Shown in pieces: positions 29,026 through 38,656 of a stretch of DNA of 64,000 nt. The position numbers and the translations under genes were made by a program. The notes under the pieces were generated by a model. The model searched no databases. It was not told the origin of the DNA and saw only the letters and a list, made by a program, of their open reading frames with translations. This DNA is from an uncultured bacterium (GTDB lineage: Bacteria; Bacillota_I; Bacilli_A; RFN20; CAG-826): contig CASFCI010000008.1 of assembly GCA_949293175.1 (NCBI GenBank), positions 954-64,953 on the forward strand. Reading direction: 5' to 3'. Position 1 is the stretch's first letter. Every line of letters starts with the position of its first letter.

Positions 29026-30018
29026 TTATTGAACGGCGCTATTATGTCGATTGGGGCAGGTTATTTCAATAACCTGTTGGTAGCTATCGGGCAAAGGCGA
29101 GGTGAATGTCTTGCCGCTTAGCTTAGCTAGGGCTCCGGATAAATTGCCGAACACCAGCTTATAGGCATGCAGGAACTGCGAATCCAAGCCGGTCTTTAGC
29201 TCAATGGCCTTATTGAGCTTGAAGTCGCCGTATTTGTCGTCGCCGATTATCGGATGGCCGATGCAAGCGAAGTGGACGCGCAGCTGATGGGTGCGTCCGG
29301 TGCATAGCTTGGCCTCGACCAGGGTGAAGTCGCCATATCGTTCCTTAACCCGGTATTCGGTTATGGCGGTTTTGCCGCCGTTTTCGATTGATTGGGGGAA
29401 AGCGCGGCCCTTTTGCGGGTCTTTTCCAAGGGGGATGTCTATCCTTCCCTTGTCCTGCTCGAGGTCGCCTTTGACGAAGGTGAGGTAGTATTTCTCAATC
29501 TGCTTCCTCTCCTTGAATAGGTCGGTGAGCGCCTTTAGCCCGGCATCGGTCTTGCCGTAGCAGATAAGCCCGGATGTGTTCCGGTCGAGCCGGTGGGCGG
29601 GCGAGGGGACGAAGGAGGCGTTGCTCGGGTCGTATTCGCCCTTCATGTAAAGATAATCGAGCACGGCGTTGCCGAGCGTCTCCCGGCTTCCGGTCTTGTC
29701 GCCATACACCAGCACGCCCTTGGGCTTATCGACTATCAGGACGTTCTCGTCCTCATAGACTATGCGATATGGCAGCGGCTTGGCCGAGACCGGGCGCGGC
29801 TTATGGAAGTCCTCCAGCTGCTGGTCGGTGACGTAGATGCGCACCACGTCCCCCTCCTTCACCACCGCGTCCTTCCTGACCCAATGGCCGTTGATCTTGA
29901 TGTCCTTTTTCCGGAAGGCCTTGTATATATACCCTAGCGGGGCCTCGGATAGGAATTTCCTGACGAACTTCTCAATCTTCTGCCCCGAGGAGCTATGGTC
30001 CACCACTACTTCTTTCAT
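29026..30018 (-). CDS. RluA/RluD-family 23S rRNA pseudouridine synthase
   Basis: 'HRLDRNTSGLICYGKTD'. S4-like N-terminus. Confidence 0.8.
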   Translation of the reverse strand: MKEVVVDHSSSGQKIEKFVRKFLSEAPLGYIYKAFRKKDIKINGHWVRKDAVVKEGDVVRIYVTDQQLEDFHKPRPVSAKPLPYRIVYEDENVLIVDKPKGVLVYGDKTGSRETLGNAVLDYLYMKGEYDPSNASFVPSPAHRLDRNTSGLICYGKTDAGLKALTDLFKERKQIEKYYLTFVKGDLEQDKGRIDIPLGKDPQKGRAFPQSIENGGKTAITEYRVKERYGDFTLVEAKLCTGRTHQLRVHFACIGHPIIGDDKYGDFKLNKAIELKTGLDSQFLHAYKLVFGNLSGALAKLSGKTFTSPLPDSYQQVIEITCPNRHNSAVQ

Positions 30019-30100
30019 GCGGCGCTATTCTAGCAAATGCAAAAAGCGATTGCACCTCGGTTGGCGTTAATCTATAATTCCTTTGCCTATCAAGGCAAAC

Positions 30101-30191
30101 GGAGGAATACCCAAGAGGCCGAAGGGGCGGGCTTGGAAAGCTCGTAGTCCCTTAACCGGGAGCTAGGGTTCGAATCCCTATTCCTCCGCCA
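30101..30191 (+). tRNA. tRNA-Ser (anticodon GGA). CCA encoded.
   Basis: Acceptor GGAGGAA/TTCCTCC. Anticodon loop TTGGAAA. Long variable arm. Confidence 0.85.
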
Positions 30192-30203
30192 GCATGAGGC
30201 TAT

Positions 30204-30240
30204 ACGAACCCTGTACGTCGCTGTATGGGGTTCGTTTTGC
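30204..30240 (+). terminator. Terminator after tRNA-Ser(GGA)
   Basis: cgaaccc...ggggttcg followed by ttttgc. Confidence 0.55.
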
Positions 30241-30580
30241 ATTGTGTCCCTCTCGAGCACGGCAAAAGGCGCCGTAAATATTAGGCAAACGGAAGGTTCA
30301 AAAAAGAAGTCCCATAGGGCCTTAAAACGGCGTTGGGAGCAGGCTTAATTGGCATGACCGATCCGATACCCCACAAACCGCAATCAAGATACTTAAAGTT
30401 CTAGGTGTAACAGTATTCGCTAAAGCAAAAACGCATTGGTGAATATCGCGGGTTGGCCGAAATAGCGAAGCTTGGATAATAAGAATTCTATATCTGCATT
30501 ACGATAAGCACCGATAAACTTAATACATGAATATATTCTGGAAGATTTCCGTGGCCTTCTAAACTCACGAGGTAGTTGCA

Positions 30581-31114
30581 ATGGCTGAGATAAAAATCAT
30601 AAACGCCGAAAACAAAAACGACATCAATATTCCGAATGAGCCTTTTCCGTTGTTTGGGAAGATCGTTCCCTCTTTTTCGAACGCAAAATGGAGCTACAAA
30701 TTCATTTCATACCCTAAAGAGCAAATCACGGAAATGTGCTTTCCGAATGAAAATTATGACTATGACGCTTTGCCCGACAACATCTTTATCGGCGCATATG
30801 ACGGCGATCATTGCATCGGATTGGCCGTTCTCCGCCCTGGCTTTTTTAAATATATGTATCTCTACGATTTAAAAGTAAGCCAAAAATATCGTGGTCGGCA
30901 TATCGGGAAAATGCTGATTGAAAAGGCCAAAGAAGTCGCTGCTGCCCAAGGTTATTGCGGGTTATATACACAAGGGCAAGACAATAATCCTGGGGCGTGC
31001 CTGTTCTATATGAGCGTTGGTTTTTACATCGGAGGATTGGATACAAACGTTTATCGGCATACGGAACAGGAAGGAAAATCAGATATGGTTTTCTATTGCG
31101 ATATCGCCCAATGA
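30581..31114 (+). CDS. sat: Streptothricin N-acetyltransferase-like GNAT (Sat family)
   Basis: Strong similarity to Sat4/SatA as recalled: 'NEPFPLFGKIVPSFSNAKWSY', 'YTQGQDNNPGACLFYMSVGFYIGGLDTNVY'. Low-GC island. Confidence 0.75.
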   Translation: MAEIKIINAENKNDINIPNEPFPLFGKIVPSFSNAKWSYKFISYPKEQITEMCFPNENYDYDALPDNIFIGAYDGDHCIGLAVLRPGFFKYMYLYDLKVSQKYRGRHIGKMLIEKAKEVAAAQGYCGLYTQGQDNNPGACLFYMSVGFYIGGLDTNVYRHTEQEGKSDMVFYCDIAQ

Positions 31115-31206
31115 TTAACCGGGCATAGTCTAGCAAGCTTCTAGGAAAAGACGATCGCACAAAGAGGAAAAACAACTTACAAGAACCGAATAAGGAGCGA
31201 TTAACC

Positions 31207-32127
31207 ATGCCACAGCATATAACCGTCGTAAATTATGACCCGGAATGGCCCTCGAAATATGCACGAGAGCGGGACTATATTGCCCAAATACTAAAAGACA
31301 ATTGCATTTCTATCTACCATATTGGCAGCACATCCGTTCCAGGGCTGGCCGCCAAGCCGATTATCGATATTATGGCTGTCGTTAGAAGTTTAGAAGAGGT
31401 GGATGGGGTTGCGGTAAAGTTTCAGGAGTTGGGTTACGAATATCTCGGGGAATTTGGCATAACTGGCCGACGCTATCTTCGCAAAGGCGGCGATGAGCGA
31501 ACCCATCAAATTCATATTTTCCAAGCGAACGATTGGAACAATATCAGCCGGCACCTTGCATTTCGCGATTATATGCGAACCCACGAAAAAGAGCGGGACG
31601 AATACGCAAAAATCAAGATAGGCCTTGCGCAAGAGTTCCCCAATGACATAGGTGGATATTGTGATGGGAAAGGGGATTTTGTTCACAAGATCGAAGAGCA
31701 AGCGCTTGCTCAATACGATGGGGCGTGGGACAAATTGTATATTGCCGCAAGGAAAGCGCAGCATGAAAGAAAGCTCTCTCCGCTGATTGAGGCAGGGGGC
31801 GTTTCCGCCGCAGTTCTTTCGGCAAAAGGGAATATCTATACCGGGGTTTGCATTGACACAGCCTGTTCGTTGGGAATGTGTGCGGAAAGAAACGCGATTG
31901 CGAATATGATAACAAACGGAGAGAGCCAAATCGCAAAAATAGTCGCTGTCATGCCGGATGGAAAGGCGGGTATGCCATGTGGGGCTTGCCGAGAATTTAT
32001 GATGCAGTTGGATAAAACAGCAGGCGAAATAGAAATTTTGAGCGACTATGAAACGAAAAAGACGATACGCTTAAAATCTTTAACTCCAGAATGGTGGAGC
32101 AAAGACCAAATGGAAATGAACGAATAA
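31207..32127 (+). CDS. Fusion protein: GrpB-family (nucleotidyltransferase-fold) domain plus a cytidine/blasticidin-S deaminase-like domain
   Basis: N-terminus 'YDPEWP...HIGSTSVPGL...KPIIDI' (GrpB). C-terminus 'CAERNAI...PCGACRE' (CDA zinc motifs), BSD/Bsr-like. Confidence 0.7.
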   Translation: MPQHITVVNYDPEWPSKYARERDYIAQILKDNCISIYHIGSTSVPGLAAKPIIDIMAVVRSLEEVDGVAVKFQELGYEYLGEFGITGRRYLRKGGDERTHQIHIFQANDWNNISRHLAFRDYMRTHEKERDEYAKIKIGLAQEFPNDIGGYCDGKGDFVHKIEEQALAQYDGAWDKLYIAARKAQHERKLSPLIEAGGVSAAVLSAKGNIYTGVCIDTACSLGMCAERNAIANMITNGESQIAKIVAVMPDGKAGMPCGACREFMMQLDKTAGEIEILSDYETKKTIRLKSLTPEWWSKDQMEMNE

Positions 32128-32279
32128 TGGTCATTGCATTGAAAGAATTCATTTCGATGATTAAGGAAAGCCAAAAACCCAAAGCAGAATAAAATACTAC
32201 CCCCAATCCTTTAGCGCTTGAGCAACTTCCTTTTCCAATTGCGCATATCCCAATACAATTCAGGAAAAGGAGAAACCAT

Positions 32280-33911
32280 ATGCGCTACATAATCGTGGGC
32301 GGAGTGGCTGCCGGGGCCACCTTCGCCACCAGACTACGCCGCCTAGACGAAGAAACCGAAATCGTCATCTACGAGAAGACCGGCTACATATCCTATGCCA
32401 CCTGCGGGCTTCCATATTACATAGGCGGGGCCATCAAGGACCGGGGAGCATTGACCATCGAGACGCCAGAGCACATGAAGGCCCGCTACAACGTCTTGGC
32501 CTTCGTGAACCACGAGGTCACTAGAATTGACAAGGTAAATAAGACGATCGAGGTGAAGGACCTCCGCGACGGGACCGTCAAGGTCGACCATTACGACAGG
32601 CTCATCCTCTGCCCCGGGGCCGCCTCGATAAAGGTTGCGCCCGAGGAAGGCAGGGTTTTCGGCCTCCGCAGCATCGAGGACGCCGACCGGATGCTTTCCT
32701 TCATAGGAAGCAAAAGGCCCCGCTCCGCCATCGTGGTAGGCGGGGGCTTCATCGGGCTCGAGACCTTGGAGAACCTCGCGATGCGCGGCATCGAGGTCAC
32801 CCTAATCGAGGGCTCACGTCACATCCTGCCCAACCTCGACGAGGACATGGCTAAAATCCCCGAAGGCATGATGCGCCAAGCCGGGATCAAGGTGCTGACC
32901 GGGGTCAGGGTCAACGAGATAAGCCAAGACGCCGCCTCGGTCACCGCCCACACCGACCTCGGCGACCTAAAAGCCGACATGCTGGTGCAGTCGATCGGGG
33001 TCCGCCCCGCTTCCGCTTTGGCCAAGGACTCATTGATGGGCATCGAGGAGAAGGGATCGATCAAGGTCGATGGGCTGCAGGAGGTCGAGAAGGACGTCTA
33101 TGCCCTCGGCGACGTCGCCAGCCGGCCGGACTTCTTCTCCGACAATCGGGCCTATGTCGCTTTGGCGGGACTAGCCAACAAAGACGCCAGGTCGCTCGCC
33201 ACCCATCTGGCCCTAGGCGAGCAGCAAGGGGCCATGAAGCCGCTTGGGACCTCGATACTGAAGCTATTCAACCTCGCCATCGGCTCGGTCGGCCTGACCG
33301 AGGCCAAGGCCAAGGCGCTGGGGAAAGAATATGGGAAGGCCTACCTAAGCGCCGCCAACCACGCGACCTATTACCCCGGTGCTGGCGAACTGCTGATCAA
33401 GGCGCTATTCGACAAAAATACCGGCGAGATACTCGGGGCGCAGATCATCGGCGGGGAGGGCGTCGACAAGCGGATCGACGTGCTTTCGCTATCCATCCGC
33501 CACCACCTGACCTACAAAGATCTAAAGAACGAGGAGCTCAGCTACGCCCCGCCGTTTGGGGCGGTGCGCGACCCGATAAACGCCCTGGGCTGCCTGATCG
33601 AGGACCTCTTCAAGGGGCTATCGACCCAGGTCTACCCCGAGGACGTCGAGGCGCTACTGAAGACCAACGTACAGGTAGTTGACGTCAGGACCCCAATGGA
33701 GTTCGGCGCAGGCCACATCGAGGGGGCGGCCAACATCCCGGTCGACGAGCTCCGCGCTCGGAAGAGCGAAATAGACAAATCCAGGCCGGTGCTCCTCATC
33801 TGCCATAGCGGGCTGCGCAGCTACGTGGCGATGAGGGTGCTTAAGCAATATGGCTACGATTGCTCCCACCTCGCCGGGGGATGGCGCTTCTACAAGGCGT
33901 TCGGGCACTAA
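32280..33911 (+). CDS. cdr: CoA-disulfide reductase with a C-terminal rhodanese domain (CoADR-RHD/NPSR-like)
   Basis: 'SYATCGLPY' (active-site Cys). C-terminal 'LLICHSGLRS' rhodanese Cys. Confidence 0.85.
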   Translation: MRYIIVGGVAAGATFATRLRRLDEETEIVIYEKTGYISYATCGLPYYIGGAIKDRGALTIETPEHMKARYNVLAFVNHEVTRIDKVNKTIEVKDLRDGTVKVDHYDRLILCPGAASIKVAPEEGRVFGLRSIEDADRMLSFIGSKRPRSAIVVGGGFIGLETLENLAMRGIEVTLIEGSRHILPNLDEDMAKIPEGMMRQAGIKVLTGVRVNEISQDAASVTAHTDLGDLKADMLVQSIGVRPASALAKDSLMGIEEKGSIKVDGLQEVEKDVYALGDVASRPDFFSDNRAYVALAGLANKDARSLATHLALGEQQGAMKPLGTSILKLFNLAIGSVGLTEAKAKALGKEYGKAYLSAANHATYYPGAGELLIKALFDKNTGEILGAQIIGGEGVDKRIDVLSLSIRHHLTYKDLKNEELSYAPPFGAVRDPINALGCLIEDLFKGLSTQVYPEDVEALLKTNVQVVDVRTPMEFGAGHIEGAANIPVDELRARKSEIDKSRPVLLICHSGLRSYVAMRVLKQYGYDCSHLAGGWRFYKAFGH

Positions 33912-34052
33912 AAAAGGCGCAAGGTTTAAATAAACTGGACCCCGTAAATCGGAGTCCTAAATAAAAAGGTGTCCCAAAACGCGGCCTTCAATGTTAGTGG
34001 CGCCTCAACGGCTATTTGCGAAGCTTCTCGGCCAAAAAATGCATGCAGGCTG

Positions 34053-35351
34053 CTATTCCGCCTTCAGCCAAAGCGGTTCGCTTATCTCGATCCCGCCTTT
34101 GTCAAGATTGGCAAAACCGGCCCCGCCAAGCAAGTCGACATAATTTCCCTTAGGCAAAACGCCTTCCGGCAATGGCAAAGGATTGCCTGAGAAATTGAAG
34201 ACGCCCCACTCGCTATATCCCTCGAAGCGGTTCTCAACGACGAATAGCTCACCTTTGGAATCGGGGAAAAGAGATTCGCGAAGCTTTTCGTTTTCCTTCC
34301 TCCTCTTTAAGCTGATGAGCTTGGATACGTATTCAAGCGTCTCCTCCTTCCCCAAAGGCGCCCAATCCACTTTGTCGGAATCGAACAAAGAGGGCTGATG
34401 GGCAACCCCATATTCCTCCCCGGCATAGACGAAAGCCGGCCCTTTGGTGAAGAAGGAAAAGGCCAATAGGCCATGGTGGCGGGCATCGCCAAGCGAATAG
34501 GAGGCGAGGCGGCGCTGATCGTGGTTTTCCAAGGCCCGGGTTATATAGGAAAGGGAAGAGGGGATGGCCGCCTCCTCCAGGATGCAGGCCGCCCGGTAAG
34601 AGGCAAGATCCTCCTTCCGCCCATAGGCTAGGTAGTCGCGGAGCCAGGGGAAGGAGAAATAGGAATAGAAAAGGGAGAAGCCATTTAGCGACAAGACGGC
34701 GTTGCAGGTCGCGTTATAGCCAGCCGACCTCGCCTCCAAGGCGAAAGAGCCCTCGATGGATTCGGCCAGCAGAATGACATCCCTATTGGGGTAGCGCGTC
34801 TCCAAATGGCTTTTAAGCGAAGCGAAGAAGGAGGCGGGTATCAAGGAGGCGACGTCGAAGCGGAACCCATCCGCCCCAGCGTCGAGGAATAGATCCAATA
34901 TCCCAAGAAGGTAGTCGATGAGCCCGGGCGCGCCATAATCGAGGTCATAGACGTCGGACCAGTCGCCGATTTTGTTGCCAAGCTCGCCATTAGGCCCGCG
35001 GTAATAAAATTCGGGGCGGGCGGAAAGAAGGACGCTATCGCGCGAGGTGTGGTTAAACACCTGGTCGACGATGACCTTGAGCCCCTTTTCGTGTGCCTCG
35101 GCAACAAGCAGGCGGAAATCGTCCCAGTCGCCAAGTTCTGGATTGATTTTCGAATAATCGGAGATGGCATAAGGCGAGCCGAGGCTCCCCTTCCTTCCCT
35201 TCACCCCGATTGGCTGAACCGGCATGAGGTAAAGGATATCTGCCCCTAGCCCCTTAATCCTGTCCAAATCGCCAACGAGGGCTTTCAAAGTCCCCTCCTC
35301 CGTGTGGTTCCTCACGAAAACCTGGTAAATGACCTTATCGGCGTATTCCAT
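34053..35351 (-). CDS. GH13 alpha-amylase-family glycoside hydrolase
   Basis: 'GADGFRFDVAS'. 'NHDQ'. 432 aa. Confidence 0.8.
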   Translation of the reverse strand: MEYADKVIYQVFVRNHTEEGTLKALVGDLDRIKGLGADILYLMPVQPIGVKGRKGSLGSPYAISDYSKINPELGDWDDFRLLVAEAHEKGLKVIVDQVFNHTSRDSVLLSARPEFYYRGPNGELGNKIGDWSDVYDLDYGAPGLIDYLLGILDLFLDAGADGFRFDVASLIPASFFASLKSHLETRYPNRDVILLAESIEGSFALEARSAGYNATCNAVLSLNGFSLFYSYFSFPWLRDYLAYGRKEDLASYRAACILEEAAIPSSLSYITRALENHDQRRLASYSLGDARHHGLLAFSFFTKGPAFVYAGEEYGVAHQPSLFDSDKVDWAPLGKEETLEYVSKLISLKRRKENEKLRESLFPDSKGELFVVENRFEGYSEWGVFNFSGNPLPLPEGVLPKGNYVDLLGGAGFANLDKGGIEISEPLWLKAE

Positions 35352-35499
35352 CGCTTATTCCCTCCATTTTCACAAGCCCACTATAGCAAAAAGAAGGCAA
35401 GGCATCTGCTCCAATCGTCCTTTGGTTTTATGCGTTTTGCCCGCAAAAACGGGAAAAGGGCCGCAAAAACGGCCCTTAGAGATTGATATTCGCCTTTAA

Positions 35500-37926
35500 T
35501 CAAGCGGCCCAATTGACCGAAATGGAGACTCCCTCTTTATACGAATAAGCCCAATCGTCGTCCCATCCTTCCGGCTTGCTTTGCACTAAGCAGGAAATGG
35601 AAAGATCGACCCGGTTTTGGTTGAAAACGAGCTCGCCCATGGTTAGGACGCTGGAAGGAATGGTGATTTGGCTTAGCGAGGCGCCGGAGAAGGCTTGATC
35701 GCCGATTGAAACGAGGCTAAGGCAGTCGCCAAGGTTAGCCGAGGTGAGGGAGGCACAGGAGGAAAAGCCGCCTTCCCCGATGCTTTGAAGCGATTCGGGC
35801 AAGCTAAGAGAAGAGACCCTAAGCTGGGCGAAGCTACGCGACCCGACGTAGCTTAGACTCGATGGCAAGGAAAGGGTGGCGACCGACTTGGCCCGGCTGG
35901 GGAAAAGCGAGGCGTCATTCCCATCGGCTGCCCCAATCGTCCCCTCTTTGACGGCGAATTCGGTGATTTTGACGTTTTCGACCGCCAAAAGCCAGTTGTC
36001 GAGGTAAAGGCCATTTCCCTCCCAATTGGCGGTATCCTTATAAAGCGCGGTCCCGGAGAAGACCCCATAGCCGATTCGGTTAACGGAAGAGGGGATGTTG
36101 GCGGTCTTTAAGCTGGATAGCGAGCTGAAAGCCCCGCCCCCAATGAAAAGCAAACCATCGGGAAGGGTTATGGATTCAAGCTTCTTGCCGTTGTTCGCGA
36201 AGGCTTTCTCGGCGATGGCGATGGTCCCGGGCTTAACCGAATAGGAGGAAACCGCGGCGAACTCGGCGTTGGTGGCAACCAAATACGAATCGACGTAAAG
36301 GACGCCCGAATCCCAGGAAGAAGGATCGTTGTAGTAGCCGGTCCCATAAAAGGCGGTGCTTTCTATGGCGATGGCTTGACTAGGCATGGTGATGGAATAA
36401 AGGGAGGAGCAGCCGCTGAAGACGTAGCTTCCTAGCTCTAGAAGCGAATCGGGCAATGAGATGGAGGAAAGCAAGGCGCAGTTTTCAAAGGCCATGTCGC
36501 CAAGGCTAGTGACTTGTTTGAGATCGACTTCGGCAAGGCTAAGGCAATCCTTGAAGGCATAGGACCAGATTTCCTTTAGTGAAGAGGGGGCGGAAAGGCT
36601 TTCCAATCCGGAGCCGGAAAAAGCCTCGAGCCTAATTTGGACCAAGGTCTTGGGAAGCTCGATGGAACGAAGGGAAGCGCAGCCCTCAAAGGCATAATCC
36701 GGGATGACGGTGATGCCAGAGGGCAAATCGACCTCTTCCAATAAAGCGCAGCCGGAGCACATCCGATAGCCAAGGGATACGCCATCTGGGATCGAAAGCT
36801 TCCTAAGGTAGTGGTTGTCGCGGAAAAGGTCTTGCCCTATTTGCTTAACGGCCTGCCCATTTACTTCTGAGGGGATAATGACCTCGGAATTGGTTTCGCT
36901 TATCCCTTCCACCGCGGTCAAGGTGCCGGAACCGTCGACTGTAAAGGTTATCCCAGCCGGCTCATTTTCCTCCCATTTGGCGTAGAGGGTTATGTCCTCG
37001 GTTATTTCCAATGGGAAGCTGGCTTTGGAGGAAAATGATTCGTCGAAATACCAGCCAAGGAAGGTGTAGCCCTTTTTTGTCGGGATGGGTTCGGTCTCGA
37101 TGCGGCCGGTCTTAAGATCGGATACCCCAGTCCCTCCATCGAGTTCAAAGTGGACGTCGTAGGCGTTCTTCTCCCATTTGGCGTAGAGGGTTATGTCCTC
37201 GGTTATTTCCAATGGGAAGCTGGCTTTGGAGGAAAATGATTCGTCGAAATACCAGCCACGGAAGGTATAACCTTTCCTCGAGGTCTCCGGCTCATCCTCG
37301 ATTTTGGAGGTTACGATAGGCTCAACTGGCGTTCCCCCATTGGAGACGAAACTCACCTGGTATTCCTCGGGGATGTCCTCAATAAAGGTGTAATAGGCGT
37401 AGACGCTCACATCAGCTTCCAAAGGAAGGTTTTCATAGGTATTCGGATAAAGCCGGTTTTCGAAAGTCCCATCATCGAAATACCAACCCTTGAACTCATA
37501 ATTGTCCTTATTAGGGGCCTCGGGAAGGGAAAGAAGCTCGTTGCCGGCGGTAAGAAGGCTCGAATAAAGTTCCCCGTCGACAAAGAAGAGGATGGTGAAT
37601 TCCTCGGGGGCGGGTTCTTCCTTGGCTAGGTAATAGGCGAAGCTGTCGAGGTCGCCATCGATATCGTGGGATAGGAAATAATCCTCGGTCAGCCGCTGTT
37701 GCCAAACGCCCTCATCCAAATACCATCCCTTGAATTCCGCATCTTCCTTTTCCGGGGCTATGGGCAATTCAATGGTCTCGTTGCCCTTTGTCTTCAAGCT
37801 GCTTATAAACGTGTCCCCATCATAAAACGAGATGGTGTATTCGATCTTGGAACTGTATTCCCGGCATGAGGCAAGCATGATAGCCGCCAAAGCGCATATT
37901 CCCATTAACCGGATTTCCTTTTTCAT
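35500..37926 (-). CDS. Surface lipoprotein with four Listeria-Bacteroides (Flg_new) repeats and C-terminal BspA-type leucine-rich repeats
   Basis: Lipobox 'LASC'. Repeated 'KGYTF[RL]GWYFDESFSSK...LYAKWE'. LRR_5-like 'L.SI.LP..L..IG..AF'. Confidence 0.75.
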   Translation of the reverse strand: MKKEIRLMGICALAAIMLASCREYSSKIEYTISFYDGDTFISSLKTKGNETIELPIAPEKEDAEFKGWYLDEGVWQQRLTEDYFLSHDIDGDLDSFAYYLAKEEPAPEEFTILFFVDGELYSSLLTAGNELLSLPEAPNKDNYEFKGWYFDDGTFENRLYPNTYENLPLEADVSVYAYYTFIEDIPEEYQVSFVSNGGTPVEPIVTSKIEDEPETSRKGYTFRGWYFDESFSSKASFPLEITEDITLYAKWEKNAYDVHFELDGGTGVSDLKTGRIETEPIPTKKGYTFLGWYFDESFSSKASFPLEITEDITLYAKWEENEPAGITFTVDGSGTLTAVEGISETNSEVIIPSEVNGQAVKQIGQDLFRDNHYLRKLSIPDGVSLGYRMCSGCALLEEVDLPSGITVIPDYAFEGCASLRSIELPKTLVQIRLEAFSGSGLESLSAPSSLKEIWSYAFKDCLSLAEVDLKQVTSLGDMAFENCALLSSISLPDSLLELGSYVFSGCSSLYSITMPSQAIAIESTAFYGTGYYNDPSSWDSGVLYVDSYLVATNAEFAAVSSYSVKPGTIAIAEKAFANNGKKLESITLPDGLLFIGGGAFSSLSSLKTANIPSSVNRIGYGVFSGTALYKDTANWEGNGLYLDNWLLAVENVKITEFAVKEGTIGAADGNDASLFPSRAKSVATLSLPSSLSYVGSRSFAQLRVSSLSLPESLQSIGEGGFSSCASLTSANLGDCLSLVSIGDQAFSGASLSQITIPSSVLTMGELVFNQNRVDLSISCLVQSKPEGWDDDWAYSYKEGVSISVNWAA
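36966..37267. repeat. Near-identical 201-bp tandem duplication inside the LRR lipoprotein gene
   Basis: The ~100-nt block tcccatttggcgtagagggttatgtcctcggttatttccaatgggaagctggctttggaggaaaatgattcgtcgaaataccagcca recurs 201 bp apart. Confidence 0.8.
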
Positions 37927-38057
37927 AACTCGCCTCCTGAAAAGCCCACATACTATATAACAAGAGGGAAAAGAAAAACACTAAATGCGCTTTTGCAGGG
38001 CATTTAAGGGCTTTTTGACCCGGAAAAATCTGAAAAACCCCGCTTAAAGGCACTAAA

Positions 38058-38095
38058 AAAGGCCGCTTGGGATTCCCCAGGCGGCTGTTCTTATG
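38058..38095 (-). terminator. Terminator after the nitroreductase gene
   Basis: Minus-strand gccgcctgggg-aat-cccaagcggc followed by cttttttagtg. Confidence 0.55.
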
Positions 38096-38097
38096 GC

Positions 38098-38616
38098 CTA
38101 TTCGGCGTATTTGACGCGGGTGAGGTCCTTCTCCGGGACGACGGGCTCGCCATCCTCATAGCCGAGGCAGCAATGGCCGATGCCGATGTAGTCCCCCTCG
38201 ATGCCGAGCTTCTTGAGGATGGCCTTGCCCTCCTCCGACTCAAGCTCCTCCTTGCCGCGATGGACCCAGATGTTGCCTAGCCCTAGCTCAGTGGCCTCAA
38301 GCAGCATATACCCGAGGCACAGCGACCCGTCGTAGACGGCGGTGTGGGCCGAGGCGTCGACGTAGACCAAGGCGACGGCCGGGGCGCCGTAGAAGGGATC
38401 GATGCCCTCGCGTCCCATGATCTTGGCGTTGAGGCGGGACAGTTCGTCGCGGATCTCCTTGTTGGCGATCATGAGGATGTGGACCTTCTGCGAGTTGGAG
38501 CCGGTCGGGGCCAATAGCCCGGCCTCGACGACCTTCTGCAGCTTCTCCTTCTCCACCATCTTCGGCAGGAACTTGCGGCAGCTGTGGCGCGCTTTGATGC
38601 AATCGAATGTATTCAT
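38098..38616 (-). CDS. Nitroreductase-family protein
   Basis: 'CIKARHSCRKF'. 172 aa. Confidence 0.8.
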   Translation of the reverse strand: MNTFDCIKARHSCRKFLPKMVEKEKLQKVVEAGLLAPTGSNSQKVHILMIANKEIRDELSRLNAKIMGREGIDPFYGAPAVALVYVDASAHTAVYDGSLCLGYMLLEATELGLGNIWVHRGKEELESEEGKAILKKLGIEGDYIGIGHCCLGYEDGEPVVPEKDLTRVKYAE

Positions 38617-38656
38617 GTTTTACCTCCAAAAAAAGCCGGGCGAACCCAGCTTATCG

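Noticed and set aside
31390-31936. 179-aa and 107-aa minus-strand ORFs inside the GrpB-deaminase gene
   Set aside because: The sense frame has clear GrpB and CDA motifs. The antisense frames lack any motif.
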